Counted from the stretch's first letter, positions 17,636-29,768 are shown. The stretch is 64,000 nt of DNA from an uncultured Actinomycetota bacterium (GCA_963731295.1 CAVSUP010000006.1:140827-204826), one strand, 5' to 3'. Numbers and translations are program-made. The notes: a model not told the origin generated them from the letters alone.

Positions 17636-18189
17636 TCACCACCGCGCGGTCGACCGGGCGGCGCTCGTGGCTGTTGTTTGCGGTGGCCCTGTTGGTCGCC
17701 TTGATCATCTGCGGGTGGCAGGCCGTGGCGATCCTGCGCTTTCGGTCGCCGACCCCCGACCAGACCGTCGGGATCGGCCAGACAATCATCCGCGGCGGGG
17801 TCAGCTTCCGACTGGACACCTTCGAGGTGGCGACGTCATTTCCACCGGCCCAGGAGGATCAAGATCCGGCCTCGCCCCTTCCGGGTGCGACCTTCGTCCG
17901 GATCATCTTCACCGAAGAGGTCGTCGATGCCGATCGCGACCTGACCACGATCTTCTGCGACCTGAGCGTGAACAGTCCCGACGGTCGACGCTGGACCACC
18001 TCCGATCTCGCCTACCGGGTCGAGTTGCCCGAAGCCCTGACCTGCAGCGGCAGCTCCGACAACAAGGCCAAGCTCCACGTCCCCTTCCAGGTCGGTGCCC
18101 TCTTCATGGTCCCCGAAAGCTCCGCCGATCAACTCACCTTCCGGATCCGCCTCTCCACCGAACGCCAACTCATCGAGTTCACCCGCTGA
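17632..18189 (+). CDS. Single-pass membrane protein, DUF4352-like (paralog 3)
   Basis: TM anchor then VGIGQTI...VGALFMVP; ATGA coupling to previous gene. Confidence 0.6.
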   Translation: MITTARSTGRRSWLLFAVALLVALIICGWQAVAILRFRSPTPDQTVGIGQTIIRGGVSFRLDTFEVATSFPPAQEDQDPASPLPGATFVRIIFTEEVVDADRDLTTIFCDLSVNSPDGRRWTTSDLAYRVELPEALTCSGSSDNKAKLHVPFQVGALFMVPESSADQLTFRIRLSTERQLIEFTR

Positions 18190-18204
18190 TCCCAAGCCTG
18201 CGTT

Positions 18205-19275
18205 TCGCGCCCTGAGCCTCTCGAAGGGCAAGATGATCATGCGTCTGGAGCTGCGCTTCGACAAGCTCAGCGAACGTAACGTCCCAACCCATTTGCTGAG
18301 GAAGTCCAGCGTTTTCGTGCCCTGAGCCTGTCGAAGGGCAAGATCAACAAGCCGTCACGCCCTTCGTGCCCTGAGCCCGTCGAAGGGCAAGATGATCACG
18401 CGCCTGGAGCTGCGCTTCGACAGGCTCAGCGAACGTGGCCTCCGAAGCCTTGCGCGACGAGGAAGTCCGGCGTTTTCGCGCCCTGAGCCTGTCGAAGGGC
18501 AAGATGATCATGCGCCTGGAGCTGCGCTTCGACAGGCTCAGCGAACGTGGCCTCCGAAGCCTTGCGCTGAGGAAGTCCGGCGTTTTCGTGCCCTGAGCCT
18601 GTCGAAGGGCAAGATGATCGTGCGTCTGGAGCTGCGCTTCGACAAGCTCAGCGAACGTAGGCTCCGAAGCCTTGCGCGGAGGGAGTCCGGCGCTTCTTTC
18701 GTGCCCTGAGCCTGTCGAAGGGCAAGATGATCATGCGCCTGGAGCTGCGCTTCGACAGGCTCAGCGAACGTAACGTCCCAACCCATTTGTTGAGGAAGTC
18801 CGGCGTTTTCGTGCCCTGAGCCTGTCGAAGGGCAGAGATCGAACAATGCCGTCCACGCCCTTCGTGCCCTGAGCCCGTCGAAGGGCAAGATGATCACACG
18901 CCTGGAGCTGCGCTTCGACAGGCTCAGCGAACGTCCTGAGCCTGTCTGAGCCGAAGCCTCTGTCGCTTCGAAGGCTGAACGTGACGTCCGCGCAGTTTTA
19001 CGCGTGCCCTGAGCCTGTCGAAGGGCAAGATGATCATGCGCCTGGAGCTGCGCTTCGACAAGCTCAGCGAACGTGACGTCCCAACCCAGTTGCTGAGGAA
19101 GTCCAGCGATGATCATGCGTCTGGGGCCGCGCTTCGACAGGCTCAGCGAACGTAGGCTCCGAAGCCTTTCGCGGAGGGAGTCCGGCGTTTTCGTGCCCTG
19201 AGCCTGTCGAAGGGCAGGATGATCATGCGTGTGGAGCTGCGCTTCGACGGGCTCAGCGAACGTAACGTCCCAACC
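18205..19275 (-). repeat. REP/BIME-like array 2 (~1.07 kb), inverted relative to array 1
   Basis: About 10 x CCCTGAGCCTGTCGAAGGGCAAGAT and about 9 x CTTCGACA(A/G)GCTCAGCGAACG forming ~70 bp doublets joined by 3-4 recurring linkers. Confidence 0.95.
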
Positions 19276-20596
19276 CTGGTGTTGAGGGTGCGCTGTGAGG
19301 GCTGGACCAGGTCAGGCCGCCGGCTTCGGCGAAGACCCGATCGACCGCGGCCACGTAGAGCGCGACGGCCAGGGTCGTGAAGAGCAGATCGACCAGCAGC
19401 ACGGTGACCGGCTCACTGGCCAACGACGCCGCGACGCTCTGCGGGCCGATGGCGACATCGATCAGCGGGGTCACGAATGCTTCCAGGGTCGTCAGCAACG
19501 TCGCAAGCACTAGATAGGCGCCGACGAATCTCGGTCCGGCCCGGAGGACCAGGCGCAACGCGTCGAGCACCGGGAGATACTTGGTCCGCAGATCCGCGGT
19601 GAGCAGATCCACCGCTCGGTGGCCCGCCTGCCAGGACGCCCGCGACCGCTGCCGGCTGAGCCGTTCACCGACCCGCACGGCATGGGTTTCGATCCGGGTG
19701 CCCGAGACCAACTCGCGGGCGGTGCGCTGGCGCCAGCCGAACACCGTGGCGGTCAGCGCCAGCCACACCAACGGCAGCAACACGGCCGTGCCGAGACCGG
19801 GCAGCAACGAGCTCCAGAACCAGTGACCGGCGGCGGCCACCACCCGGGGCAGGGTCAGATCGAACGGCAGGTCGAGGTCGGGCAGCAGAGCGAGCAGCCG
19901 TCGCCAGTTGGTGCCCGCGACCTCCCAGATCTCGCGGCCCCGTAGCCAACCGAGCACCCGGCTGCCCGCCGCCGCAAGGGCCAGGAACGACGCGAACACC
20001 CACATTCCCTCGAGCAGGATCCCCGGCAGGGTCAGCCATCGCCCGCCGCGCATGCGCGGCGCTGCGCGGTCCAGCAACCCGACGAGCTGTCGGAACACGA
20101 AGCACACCGCGGCCAGGATCAGATAGAAGGTGATCCGCCGCAGGTCGATCGACCAGTCATCGCCGCCACCGGTGCCGTGCAGGGCGATGTTCACGAAGTA
20201 GATGTCGCGGACCTGCTCCTCGACCAGTCCCCAGACCGCGTACACGCCGAGAAAGGGTCCGATGGTCGTGCCGATGACCGTCAGCCGCGCCGGCGACACC
20301 AGCACCGATGGCGGGAGCCCGGCGACCTCGTCGCCTGCGGCGAGCCGGCGGGTCCGGAGCATCAATGCGCAGGCGTCGATCATCATGATCAACGCCAGCA
20401 CCATGCCGATCACCCCGACGACGAAAGCGATGGTGGCCAGCACCGGATGCTGCGAGCCGAGCATCGACGAGCCGACGGTGCCGGCGGTGTGCGCAGCGAA
20501 GCCGACGCAGAACCAGAAGCCCATGACCGCGAACCGGTGCCGCCAGATCGTGCCGGCATCGAGCGCCAGAGCCAGCAGCTCACCCAGAGTTCGCAC
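19253..20596 (-). CDS. Polytopic membrane protein of unknown function
   Basis: 447 aa with ~9-10 hydrophobic segments; last codons and stop lie inside REP array 2. Confidence 0.75.
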   Translation of the reverse strand: MRTLGELLALALDAGTIWRHRFAVMGFWFCVGFAAHTAGTVGSSMLGSQHPVLATIAFVVGVIGMVLALIMMIDACALMLRTRRLAAGDEVAGLPPSVLVSPARLTVIGTTIGPFLGVYAVWGLVEEQVRDIYFVNIALHGTGGGDDWSIDLRRITFYLILAAVCFVFRQLVGLLDRAAPRMRGGRWLTLPGILLEGMWVFASFLALAAAGSRVLGWLRGREIWEVAGTNWRRLLALLPDLDLPFDLTLPRVVAAAGHWFWSSLLPGLGTAVLLPLVWLALTATVFGWRQRTARELVSGTRIETHAVRVGERLSRQRSRASWQAGHRAVDLLTADLRTKYLPVLDALRLVLRAGPRFVGAYLVLATLLTTLEAFVTPLIDVAIGPQSVAASLASEPVTVLLVDLLFTTLAVALYVAAVDRVFAEAGGLTWSSPHSAPSTPGLGRYVR

Positions 20597-20608
20597 TGCG
20601 GCGGCCGC

Positions 20609-21367
20609 TCAGCCGACCAGCTCGAGGTCGACGATCACCGGAGCATGATCAGACGGCAGCTTGCCCTTCCGGGCTTCACGATCCACGTATGCGTCGACGA
20701 CGTCACAGCCCGGGCTCGCCAGCACGTAGTCGATCCGCATGCCCAGATCCTTGTGGAACATCCCGGCCCGGTAGTCCCAGTAGGTGAACGGACGATCGTT
20801 CTTGCCGGGCCGAGCGCGGACGTCGACCAGGCCCCAGTCGATCATCGACTCGAGCGGCGCCCGTTCCTCCGCGGTCACGTGGGTCGAGCCCACGAAGGCC
20901 CCGATGTCGAACACGTCGTGATCATGACGGGCGATGTTGAAGTCGCCCATGATCGCCATCGGCTGGGTCGGCTCAAGTTCATCCAGCGTCGCCCGCAGCT
21001 CGGCCAGCCAGGCCAGCTTGTACGGGAACTGGTCATCGTCCACCGAGCGACCGTTGGGCACGTAGACGCTGGTCACCCGCAGTCCGCCGCAATCGGCCAC
21101 CGCGTACCGGGCCTCGGTCATCGCGGGCAGTTGGGTGCTGACGGGGGTCAGGCCGATCCGGGAGAGGATCGCCACGCCGTTCCAACGGCCGTCACCGACG
21201 TGCATGCTCGTGTAGCCGAGGGCCTCGATCTCGGCGTACGGGAAGGCCCCGTCCGCACACTTGGTCTCCTGCAGCGCGGCGACATCCGGCTCGCGGGTCT
21301 GCAGCCAGTCCAGCAGTCGCGGCAGCCGCGCGCCGATCGAGTTGACGTTCCAGGTGGCAATCCGCAT
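20609..21367 (-). CDS. xth: Exodeoxyribonuclease III
   Basis: MRIATWNVNS, LQETK, SVYVPNG, GDFNIA, RIDY, SDHAPV. Confidence 0.95.
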   Translation of the reverse strand: MRIATWNVNSIGARLPRLLDWLQTREPDVAALQETKCADGAFPYAEIEALGYTSMHVGDGRWNGVAILSRIGLTPVSTQLPAMTEARYAVADCGGLRVTSVYVPNGRSVDDDQFPYKLAWLAELRATLDELEPTQPMAIMGDFNIARHDHDVFDIGAFVGSTHVTAEERAPLESMIDWGLVDVRARPGKNDRPFTYWDYRAGMFHKDLGMRIDYVLASPGCDVVDAYVDREARKGKLPSDHAPVIVDLELVG

Positions 21368-21398
21368 TCGCCCATCATTGCCGATGGTGAGTGGGCGC

Positions 21399-21881
21399 TC
21401 AGCCGGTGATCTGGTCCTCGTACTCGATGATCTCGGCCACCTTGGCGTTCGACGGGCTGCTGGGGTCGAAGGCGTACCCCAGCCATTCCTTGGCCAGCCG
21501 GCGGGCGAGTTGCAGGCCGATCACTCGCTGGCCGAGGGTCAGCACCTGGCAATCATTGGACAGGATCGAGCGCTCGACGCTGAACGAGTCGTGGGCCACG
21601 GTGGCCCGGATCCCGGGCACCTTGTTGGCGGCGATCGCGACTCCGATCCCGGTGCCACAGACCAGGATCGCGCGGTCGGCCTCACCCGCGGCGATCTTGG
21701 TCCCGGCGGCAATAGCCACCGAGGGGTAGGAGCCGTCCTCGAGCTTGCCGACATAGACGCCGAGGTCTTCGACCGACTCCACCCGGTCGTCGCCTTGCAT
21801 GTCGGCCAGGATCGCGTCCTTGTAGTCGAAGCCGGCGCTGTCGCTGCCGACCAGCAGTCGAACCTTGTTGTTCATGATCAT
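21399..21881 (-). CDS. RpiB/LacAB family sugar-phosphate isomerase, probable D-erythrulose-4-phosphate isomerase (DerI-like)
   Basis: GSDSAG, LVCGTGIG, ANKVPGIRA, NDCQVLTLGQRVIG; located in a tetritol locus. Confidence 0.88.
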   Translation of the reverse strand: MIMNNKVRLLVGSDSAGFDYKDAILADMQGDDRVESVEDLGVYVGKLEDGSYPSVAIAAGTKIAAGEADRAILVCGTGIGVAIAANKVPGIRATVAHDSFSVERSILSNDCQVLTLGQRVIGLQLARRLAKEWLGYAFDPSSPSNAKVAEIIEYEDQITG

Positions 21882-23644
21882 TTTCCTTTGTCGTCGGGTG
21901 CGGGTGCGGGTTCGTCGTCGGACAGAACGCTACCGTCGGCCAGAACGGTGCCGATGGCCGTGACGATCAACCCCAGGGAAATGGCGCCGGGGTCGGGGGT
22001 GCCGATGCTGCGCTCGGCCAACGGCCTGGCCCGACCGATCTTGGGAGTGAGCGCCGCGGTGGCCTCGGCTGCTGCAACACACGCTTCGGCCGCAGTCTGC
22101 CAGGCCGCCGCCAGTCGGGCTCCGCCGCCAACCTCGTCGACCAGGGTGTCGACGAAGGGGAACAGCGAGTCGAGCATGGTCTTGTCGCCGAACTCGGCCT
22201 TGCTGAAGGTCTTCAGGTCGACCGCCGACTGCCGGACCGCGGCGGCGACCCGCTCGGCCGTGGCGGCCTCGGTGTTGCCCAACGCTTTCCCGACCCCGTC
22301 CAGCAGGAGTCCCCACAGGATGCCGCTGGTGCCACCCGCCTTGTCGCCGAACGCGGCGCCGGCAGCCGCGAGCACCGTCTCGACGCCGCCCTCGGTTTCG
22401 GCCGCAGCCTCGGCGGCCGCCTTCGAGCCCCGGGACATGCCGATGCCGTGGTCACCATCGCCGGCGACCGCGTCGATCTGTCCGAGGTAGTCCTGGTGCT
22501 CCTCCACCGTGGCGTTCAGGACCGCGACCGCCCGGCGCGCGACCACGGCGGCCGCCCGGGATTCTTCGCTGGATTCAGCCGTGGCCGTCTCCTCGACCTC
22601 GGTGACCACCTGGCGCCGCTCGGTGAAGCGGTCGCTGGTCACCGCCGTACCGCGGCGGAATGCGGGCGTGTCGGCCGGTGCGACCCAGTAGCCCTCGAGT
22701 TCGTCGTCCAGCCAGGTGACCGACAACGAACAGCCGGCCATGTCGAGGCTGGTCACCAGCTCACCGACCTCCGGCTGGACCAACACCACTCCGGCCGCTT
22801 CGAGCAGTTCGGCGACGTCGCCGAACAACGCGAACAGCTCCTCGTACTTGGTGGCTCCCAGGCCGTTGACCAGCACGGCGGCCCGCCCGCTGGCCGCCTC
22901 CGGACGCTCGCTGAGGACCGTCTCGACGAGCCGGGCGGCCAGCTCCTTGGCGTTCATCCACGGCGCCGAGCTGATGCCGGGCTCGCCGTGGATGCCCAGA
23001 CCGAAGTCCATCTGACCCGGAGCGACCGTGAACAGCGGGTGATCCGCACCGGGCATGGTGCAGCCGGCGAACGCCACGCCGAAGGAATAGGTGGCCGCAT
23101 TCGCCGCGCTCATCACCCGCTCGACCTCGTCGAGGTCGGCGCCGTTCTCCGCGGCCGCGGCCGCGATCTTGTAGACGGTGAACGTGCCGGCGATGCCGCG
23201 CCGCTTGCCCTGTTCGTCGAGGCTCGCCGACGCGATGTCGTCGGTCACGTAGACGATCCGGGTATCGATGCCGTCGGCGATCAACCGGTCAGCCGCCACC
23301 CGGAAGTTCAACCGGTCCCCGGCGTAGTTGCCGAAACCCAGGACCACACCGGCTCCGCCGTCGGCGGCTTTCGCGACCCGGTAGACCTGTTCGGCCGACG
23401 GCGAGGCGAACAGATCGCCGAGTACGGCGCCGTCGGCGAAGCCCGTACCGACGACTCCGTTGTAGGAGGGGTAGTGGCCGGACCCGCCACCGATGACCAG
23501 GCTGACCTTCCCGTCCAGCGGGCCGCCGGCCCGGACGAATCCGGATGCCCCTGGCACGCGGTCGACGTAGCGGGGGTACGCCGCGGCGAATCCACGGATG
23601 ATGTCGTTCTTGAATTCGGGGGGGTCGTTGTACACGTGGGTCAT
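21878..23644 (-). CDS. DhaK-DhaL fusion kinase, probable erythrulose kinase (DerK/LerK-like)
   Basis: GGGSGHYP, NYAGD, GIHGEPG, GDGDHG, GDKTMLD, TPDPGA. Confidence 0.88.
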   Translation of the reverse strand: MTHVYNDPPEFKNDIIRGFAAAYPRYVDRVPGASGFVRAGGPLDGKVSLVIGGGSGHYPSYNGVVGTGFADGAVLGDLFASPSAEQVYRVAKAADGGAGVVLGFGNYAGDRLNFRVAADRLIADGIDTRIVYVTDDIASASLDEQGKRRGIAGTFTVYKIAAAAAENGADLDEVERVMSAANAATYSFGVAFAGCTMPGADHPLFTVAPGQMDFGLGIHGEPGISSAPWMNAKELAARLVETVLSERPEAASGRAAVLVNGLGATKYEELFALFGDVAELLEAAGVVLVQPEVGELVTSLDMAGCSLSVTWLDDELEGYWVAPADTPAFRRGTAVTSDRFTERRQVVTEVEETATAESSEESRAAAVVARRAVAVLNATVEEHQDYLGQIDAVAGDGDHGIGMSRGSKAAAEAAAETEGGVETVLAAAGAAFGDKAGGTSGILWGLLLDGVGKALGNTEAATAERVAAAVRQSAVDLKTFSKAEFGDKTMLDSLFPFVDTLVDEVGGGARLAAAWQTAAEACVAAAEATAALTPKIGRARPLAERSIGTPDPGAISLGLIVTAIGTVLADGSVLSDDEPAPAPDDKGK

Positions 23645-23770
23645 GGGAGCCTCCGGGCCGATCTGTTCTGCAAAGGGGTGATGACGAGCAAAGGGGTGAT
23701 GAGTGGCGACAAGGGAGGATCCGGCAGGCTCAGGTCAAAGACGGATGCTGAGCCTGCCGGAGCGTGGGGA

Positions 23771-24778
23771 CTACTGGGACAGAACGAAGTTCTTCACCGT
23801 GTCGGCATTCTCCTTGGTGATCAGCACGCAGTCGATCGCCTGCTTCTCGTCAGCGACTCCGGTGTTGCCGGTCTTGATCACGCTGTCGAGCTGGGCGATC
23901 GCCTTCTGGGTCCCGGTGACGATGGGCTGCAGCACGGTGGCAACCATGTCCCCCTTCGTGACGGCGTCAACCGCGTCCTGGTTGCCGTCGAAGCCGAGCA
24001 CCTTGACGTCCTTGAGCTTGCCCTTGTCCTTGAGCGCGTTGATCGCGCCGAGCGCCATCTCGTCGTTGCCGGCGATCACTCCCTTGACGTTGGGATTCTT
24101 CGACAGCAACGTTTCCATCTTGTCCTGGCCGGCCTGGCGGTCCCAGTTGGCGATCTCCTTGCCGACCGACTTGAGATCGGGGTACTGGGAGATCACGGCG
24201 TTGTAGCCGTCGGACCGGACCTGGGCGTTGTTGTCGCTCGGCTTGCCGAACAGCTCGACATAGGTGCCCTTGTAGTCCATCGCCTTGGCCCACTCCTCGG
24301 CCCCGATGGTGGCGCCTTGAGCGTTGTTGGAGACGATCTGGGCCTTGGCCAGACCGGTCTTCGAGATCTCGGCGTTGATCAGCACCACCGGGATCTTCGC
24401 GTCGACCGCCTTCTGGACGGCCGCGACACTCTCGTCGGCGCCCGCCGGATCCAGCAGGATGCCGGCCACCTTGTCGTTGATCGCGGTCTCGATCAACTGG
24501 TTCTGGGTCTCCGGGTCGTTCTGGTTGGCCGACACCGAGGTCTTGTAGCCGAGCTTCTCCGCATCGGCCTTCGCCGTGTCGGCTTCGGCCTTCCAGTACG
24601 GATTCGACGGGTCGACGGTGATGATGGCGATCGTGCCTCCGCCCGCCCCGCCCGGGGCCGAGGACGGCGCGCCGGATGCGGCCGGCTCATTGCCGCCGCC
24701 ACCGCCGCACGCGGTCAGGCCGAGGCTGAGCAGCGCGGCTCCGGCGAGGAGCGATCGTGTGAGTTTTCCGTTGAGCAT
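23771..24778 (-). CDS. Sugar/polyol ABC transporter substrate-binding lipoprotein (RbsB-like)
   Basis: Lipobox LTAC; NPYW, NNAQGA, GNDEMALGA, GFDG, VATVLQP. Confidence 0.9.
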   Translation of the reverse strand: MLNGKLTRSLLAGAALLSLGLTACGGGGGNEPAASGAPSSAPGGAGGGTIAIITVDPSNPYWKAEADTAKADAEKLGYKTSVSANQNDPETQNQLIETAINDKVAGILLDPAGADESVAAVQKAVDAKIPVVLINAEISKTGLAKAQIVSNNAQGATIGAEEWAKAMDYKGTYVELFGKPSDNNAQVRSDGYNAVISQYPDLKSVGKEIANWDRQAGQDKMETLLSKNPNVKGVIAGNDEMALGAINALKDKGKLKDVKVLGFDGNQDAVDAVTKGDMVATVLQPIVTGTQKAIAQLDSVIKTGNTGVADEKQAIDCVLITKENADTVKNFVLSQ

Positions 24779-24870
24779 GGTTTCCCTTTCGCGTTGGCCC
24801 GAATCGCTCCGTGGCCGGTGGTCGTCTGTGCCGAAGTCCCCTCGTACGAGGGGTCAGGTGATGGTCGTGA

Positions 24871-26021
24871 TCATGAAGGTGGACTGGCCGAACTGGTGGT
24901 CTTGGCGGCTCTGGTCTGGGCCGCCAATCGTGCGCTGGCGGAGGCTCGACGGGCGAGCCGCCGCCGCTGGATCATCTGCTGGATCTGGTCGACGGCAACC
25001 GCGAGGATGATCACGGCGCCGGTGATCACCTTCTGCCAGAACGGCGAGACGCCGACGATGACCAGACCGTTGGCCAGGAAGCCGATCACGAAAGCGCCGA
25101 TGATCGTGCCGCGTACGGTGCCCCGGCCGCCCGAGAGGGCCGCGCCGCCGATCACCACGGCTGCGATCGCGTTCAGTTCGTAGAAGGTCCCGAGGTCAGC
25201 GGTCGAGGAACTGATGTTCGCCACCTGCAGGATGCCGACGACGCCGGCACAGAGGCCGGAGATCACGTAGATCCGAATCTGCACCCGCTTGACCGGTACG
25301 CCGGACAGCTGGGCGGCCCGTTCGTTGCTGCCGGTGGCGTAGAGCCAACGACCGAATGGCGTACGCGTCAACAAGATCGACATGGCAACGGCGAACAGCA
25401 CCATCACCCAGGCCGAGATCGGCAGACCCAACGGCCGGCTGGCGAAGACGGCGAAGAAGCCGGTGTTGCCGAGGCCCTCCTGCCCGCTCAACTCGTTGGT
25501 GATGTTCTGGCCGTTGAGGGCGACCTCGGTGAGGCCGCGGGCCACGTACAACATGCCGAGCGTGACGATGAACGGAGCGAGATTCAGCTTGGCGATCAGT
25601 AAGCCGTTCGCCAAGCCGACCAGCATCCCTATCCCGATCGAGATGAGCACGATCACCCAGACACTGGGGAACATCGTGGTCTCGGTGAAGGGGATGTGCA
25701 CACCGCGGAAGAGATTTCCGGCGACGGCCCCGGTGAGACCCACCGTCGAGCCGACCGACAGGTCGATGCCGCCGTTCAAGATCACCAGCAGCATCCCCAG
25801 CGCCACGATGGCGTTGAAGGCCACTTGCTTGGTGATGGTGGTCAGGTTGCCGGTCGACAGGTAGTTGTCGCTGAGGATCGCGAAGATGGCGATGATCAAG
25901 ATCAACGCGATCAGCGCCCGGCCCTCGACCAGGATGGCGTTGAGGTTGAGTGATCGGGCCGCGGACGGCGGCTTCGGTGCCGGTGCTGCGCCGGCCGGCG
26001 CCGGCGAGGTGGTCGTCGTAC

Positions 26022-26025
<4 letters not shown>
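24871..26025 (-). CDS. Sugar ABC transporter permease
   Basis: GGIDLSVGS, YELNAIAAVVIGG, GTIIGA. Confidence 0.92.
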
Positions 26026-27613
<1,588 letters not shown>

Positions 27614-27617
<4 letters not shown>

Positions 27618-28279
27618 GGTGCCACCTCGATGCTGATCGGCTGGACGTTGACCGGCTTGGGCTTCGGCACCGACGTGCCGGAGCCGACCACGTTGACCGC
27701 GCCGATCACCGTCACCTGCTTGCCCTTCAGCGATGCGGGATCGGCGACGGCAGACTGGACCTCGGCCTGCATCAGCTTCTTGAGCTCGTCGCCGACGTAC
27801 TGGAAGTCGGTCTGCCCGGGGGCGTCGGCGAACTTGAAGCCCATGATGTCGCGGATCACGGTCCCGTTGATCGCCGTGGTGAGCGGGATGATGATCGGCG
27901 TCTGGTCGGGTACGCCGTCGACCTTGAGCCGCAGGCTCGCGTCGGTGGCTTCGCTCACGGTGCCGGTCGCGGTCACGGCGAAGACGTACGAGCCCTCGGC
28001 CGGGGACACCGCCTGGTACTTCTCGGCTGCGGTCTTGGTGTTGCTCTGCATCGCGGTCACCACCTCGCCGAGCGCGCTCGCCTGGCCGGGGAGGTCGGTC
28101 TTGGCCTTCGCGTAGAGGTCGGCGGCGGTTGCCTTGGGATCGAACTTGACCGGTCCAGCGGCGGCGAGTTCGGCCGGGGTGAGGAACTTGGTGTTCAGCA
28201 CCATGGCCACCAGCAGGACGACGAGCAGCCCCAGGCCGATCAGCCGGGCAGGTCGTAGGGATCGATGCGATCGTTGCAT
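27614..28279 (-). CDS. DUF2291 family protein
   Basis: N-terminal TM, FDP, INGTVIRD, FADAPGQTDFQ; typical position in polyol ABC operons. Confidence 0.75.
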
Positions 28280-28319
28280 CAAGTACTCCTCGAGAGGTTT
28301 GGTGCGAGTGAGGTTGTCG

Positions 28320-28356
28320 GGTCCGTACGGGTCCGTGCGGGTCCGTGCGGGTCCGG
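28320..28356. repeat. 10 bp tandem repeat x3 (GGTCCGTRCG)
   Basis: gggtccgtacgggtccgtgcgggtccgtgcgggtcc in the intergenic gap. Confidence 0.75.
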
Positions 28357-28548
28357 TGGGGCTGATCGTCTGGGGGCCCTGGCCGCCCCGGGCATGGGTG
28401 TCGCTCGGGCCGGCTGGACCACGGCCGGCCCGGTCGTACTCCAGCGGTCCCGTCGAGCTACGCCCAACTCTCAGGGCGACAGATCTTGATCATGCTCGCG
28501 AACTCCCGTGGCACCGGCGTCAGGCGCTGGCCGGCGCCCCGGGCACGA

Positions 28549-29655
28549 TCAGGGGATGAGCGAGACCTTGATCGATTCCTTGCCGCTGGAGACGAGATCG
28601 AGGCCCTTCTGGAAGTCGGCCAACGGCAGTTGATGCGTGCAGATCTTGTCCATCGGCAGCCGGCCGGATTCGATCATCCGAATGGCCGCAGGCCAGCAGT
28701 GCGGGCCTAGGTGGGCACCGCGTACGTCCAGCTCCTTGTCGTCGCTGATGATCGACCAGTCGACGGTGACATCGCTTCCGAACACGCTGTACTCGACGTA
28801 GGTGCCGAGTTTGCGGAGCAGGTTGAGGCCCTGCGCGACCGCTGAGGGGTGCCCCGTGCCCTCGATGTAGACATCGGCGCCGTAGCCGTCGGTCAGTTCC
28901 TTGACTCTGGCGACCGCGTCCTCGTTGCCGATGTTGATCACCAGGTCGGCGCCGCATTCCAGCGCCAGGTCAAGCTTGTCCTGGGCCAGGTCCAGGCCGA
29001 TGACCAGCTTGGGGTTCTTCGACTTGGCGCCGGCGATCATGCCGAGGCCGATCGGGCCGCATCCGGCCACCACGACGACGTCGTCGAACTTCACGTCGGC
29101 CCGCTCGACCGCGTGGAGAGCGCACGACAACGGCTCGGCGAAGGCGGCGTGGGCGGCGGGCAGGTCGGCGGAAACCTTGTGGACGAGGGCGTCCTTGGAA
29201 TAGACCATGTACTCAGCCATCGCGCCCGGCGTCCGCCGCTTGAAGCCGAACATGTCGTGTGGCGCGCACATCCAGTACTTGCCGTCCAGGCAATAACGGC
29301 ACTTCCAGCAGGGGACGATCTGTTCGCTGACCACCCGATCGCCGACGGCGATGCCCCAGTGCTGGGCGGCCACGTCGTCGAGCTGAACAACTGTTCCGAC
29401 GAACTCGTGACCGGGGATCACCTCGGTTTCGGCCCAGGCGGGCCGATTCGCATCGCCCCAGAACTTGGCCGCGCCGTGGTAGCACTTCAGGTCACTGGCG
29501 CAGATGCCGACGGCCTCGACCTTGACCAAGGCCTCGCCCGGACCGGGGGTCGGGACATCGATCTGTTCGAGCACGTAGTTCTCCGGACCATGACAGATCA
29601 CGGCCTGCATCGTCTGAGGAATCTGACCGGCCGATTCGGCCGCTGGTGCGGACAT
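28549..29655 (-). CDS. eltD: Zn-dependent erythritol/L-threitol dehydrogenase
   Basis: GICASDLKCYHGAAKFWGD, PGHEFVG, DWSIISDDKELDV; recalled as very close to Mycobacterium smegmatis EltD. Confidence 0.85.
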   Translation of the reverse strand: MSAPAAESAGQIPQTMQAVICHGPENYVLEQIDVPTPGPGEALVKVEAVGICASDLKCYHGAAKFWGDANRPAWAETEVIPGHEFVGTVVQLDDVAAQHWGIAVGDRVVSEQIVPCWKCRYCLDGKYWMCAPHDMFGFKRRTPGAMAEYMVYSKDALVHKVSADLPAAHAAFAEPLSCALHAVERADVKFDDVVVVAGCGPIGLGMIAGAKSKNPKLVIGLDLAQDKLDLALECGADLVINIGNEDAVARVKELTDGYGADVYIEGTGHPSAVAQGLNLLRKLGTYVEYSVFGSDVTVDWSIISDDKELDVRGAHLGPHCWPAAIRMIESGRLPMDKICTHQLPLADFQKGLDLVSSGKESIKVSLIP

Positions 29656-29768
29656 CGTGAGCCTCCATGCTCTGCGTCGAAGCAAGCGACTTGATCGCTT
29701 GAGATCGGTGAGCCCCCGTTACTCCGGGGCCTTGCCAGCACCCTAGCGGCCAAGTTAGCATCTGTCCA

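Noticed and set aside
18095-19116. ORFs across array 2 (RLELRFDRLSER...)
   Set aside because: Translations of repeat units
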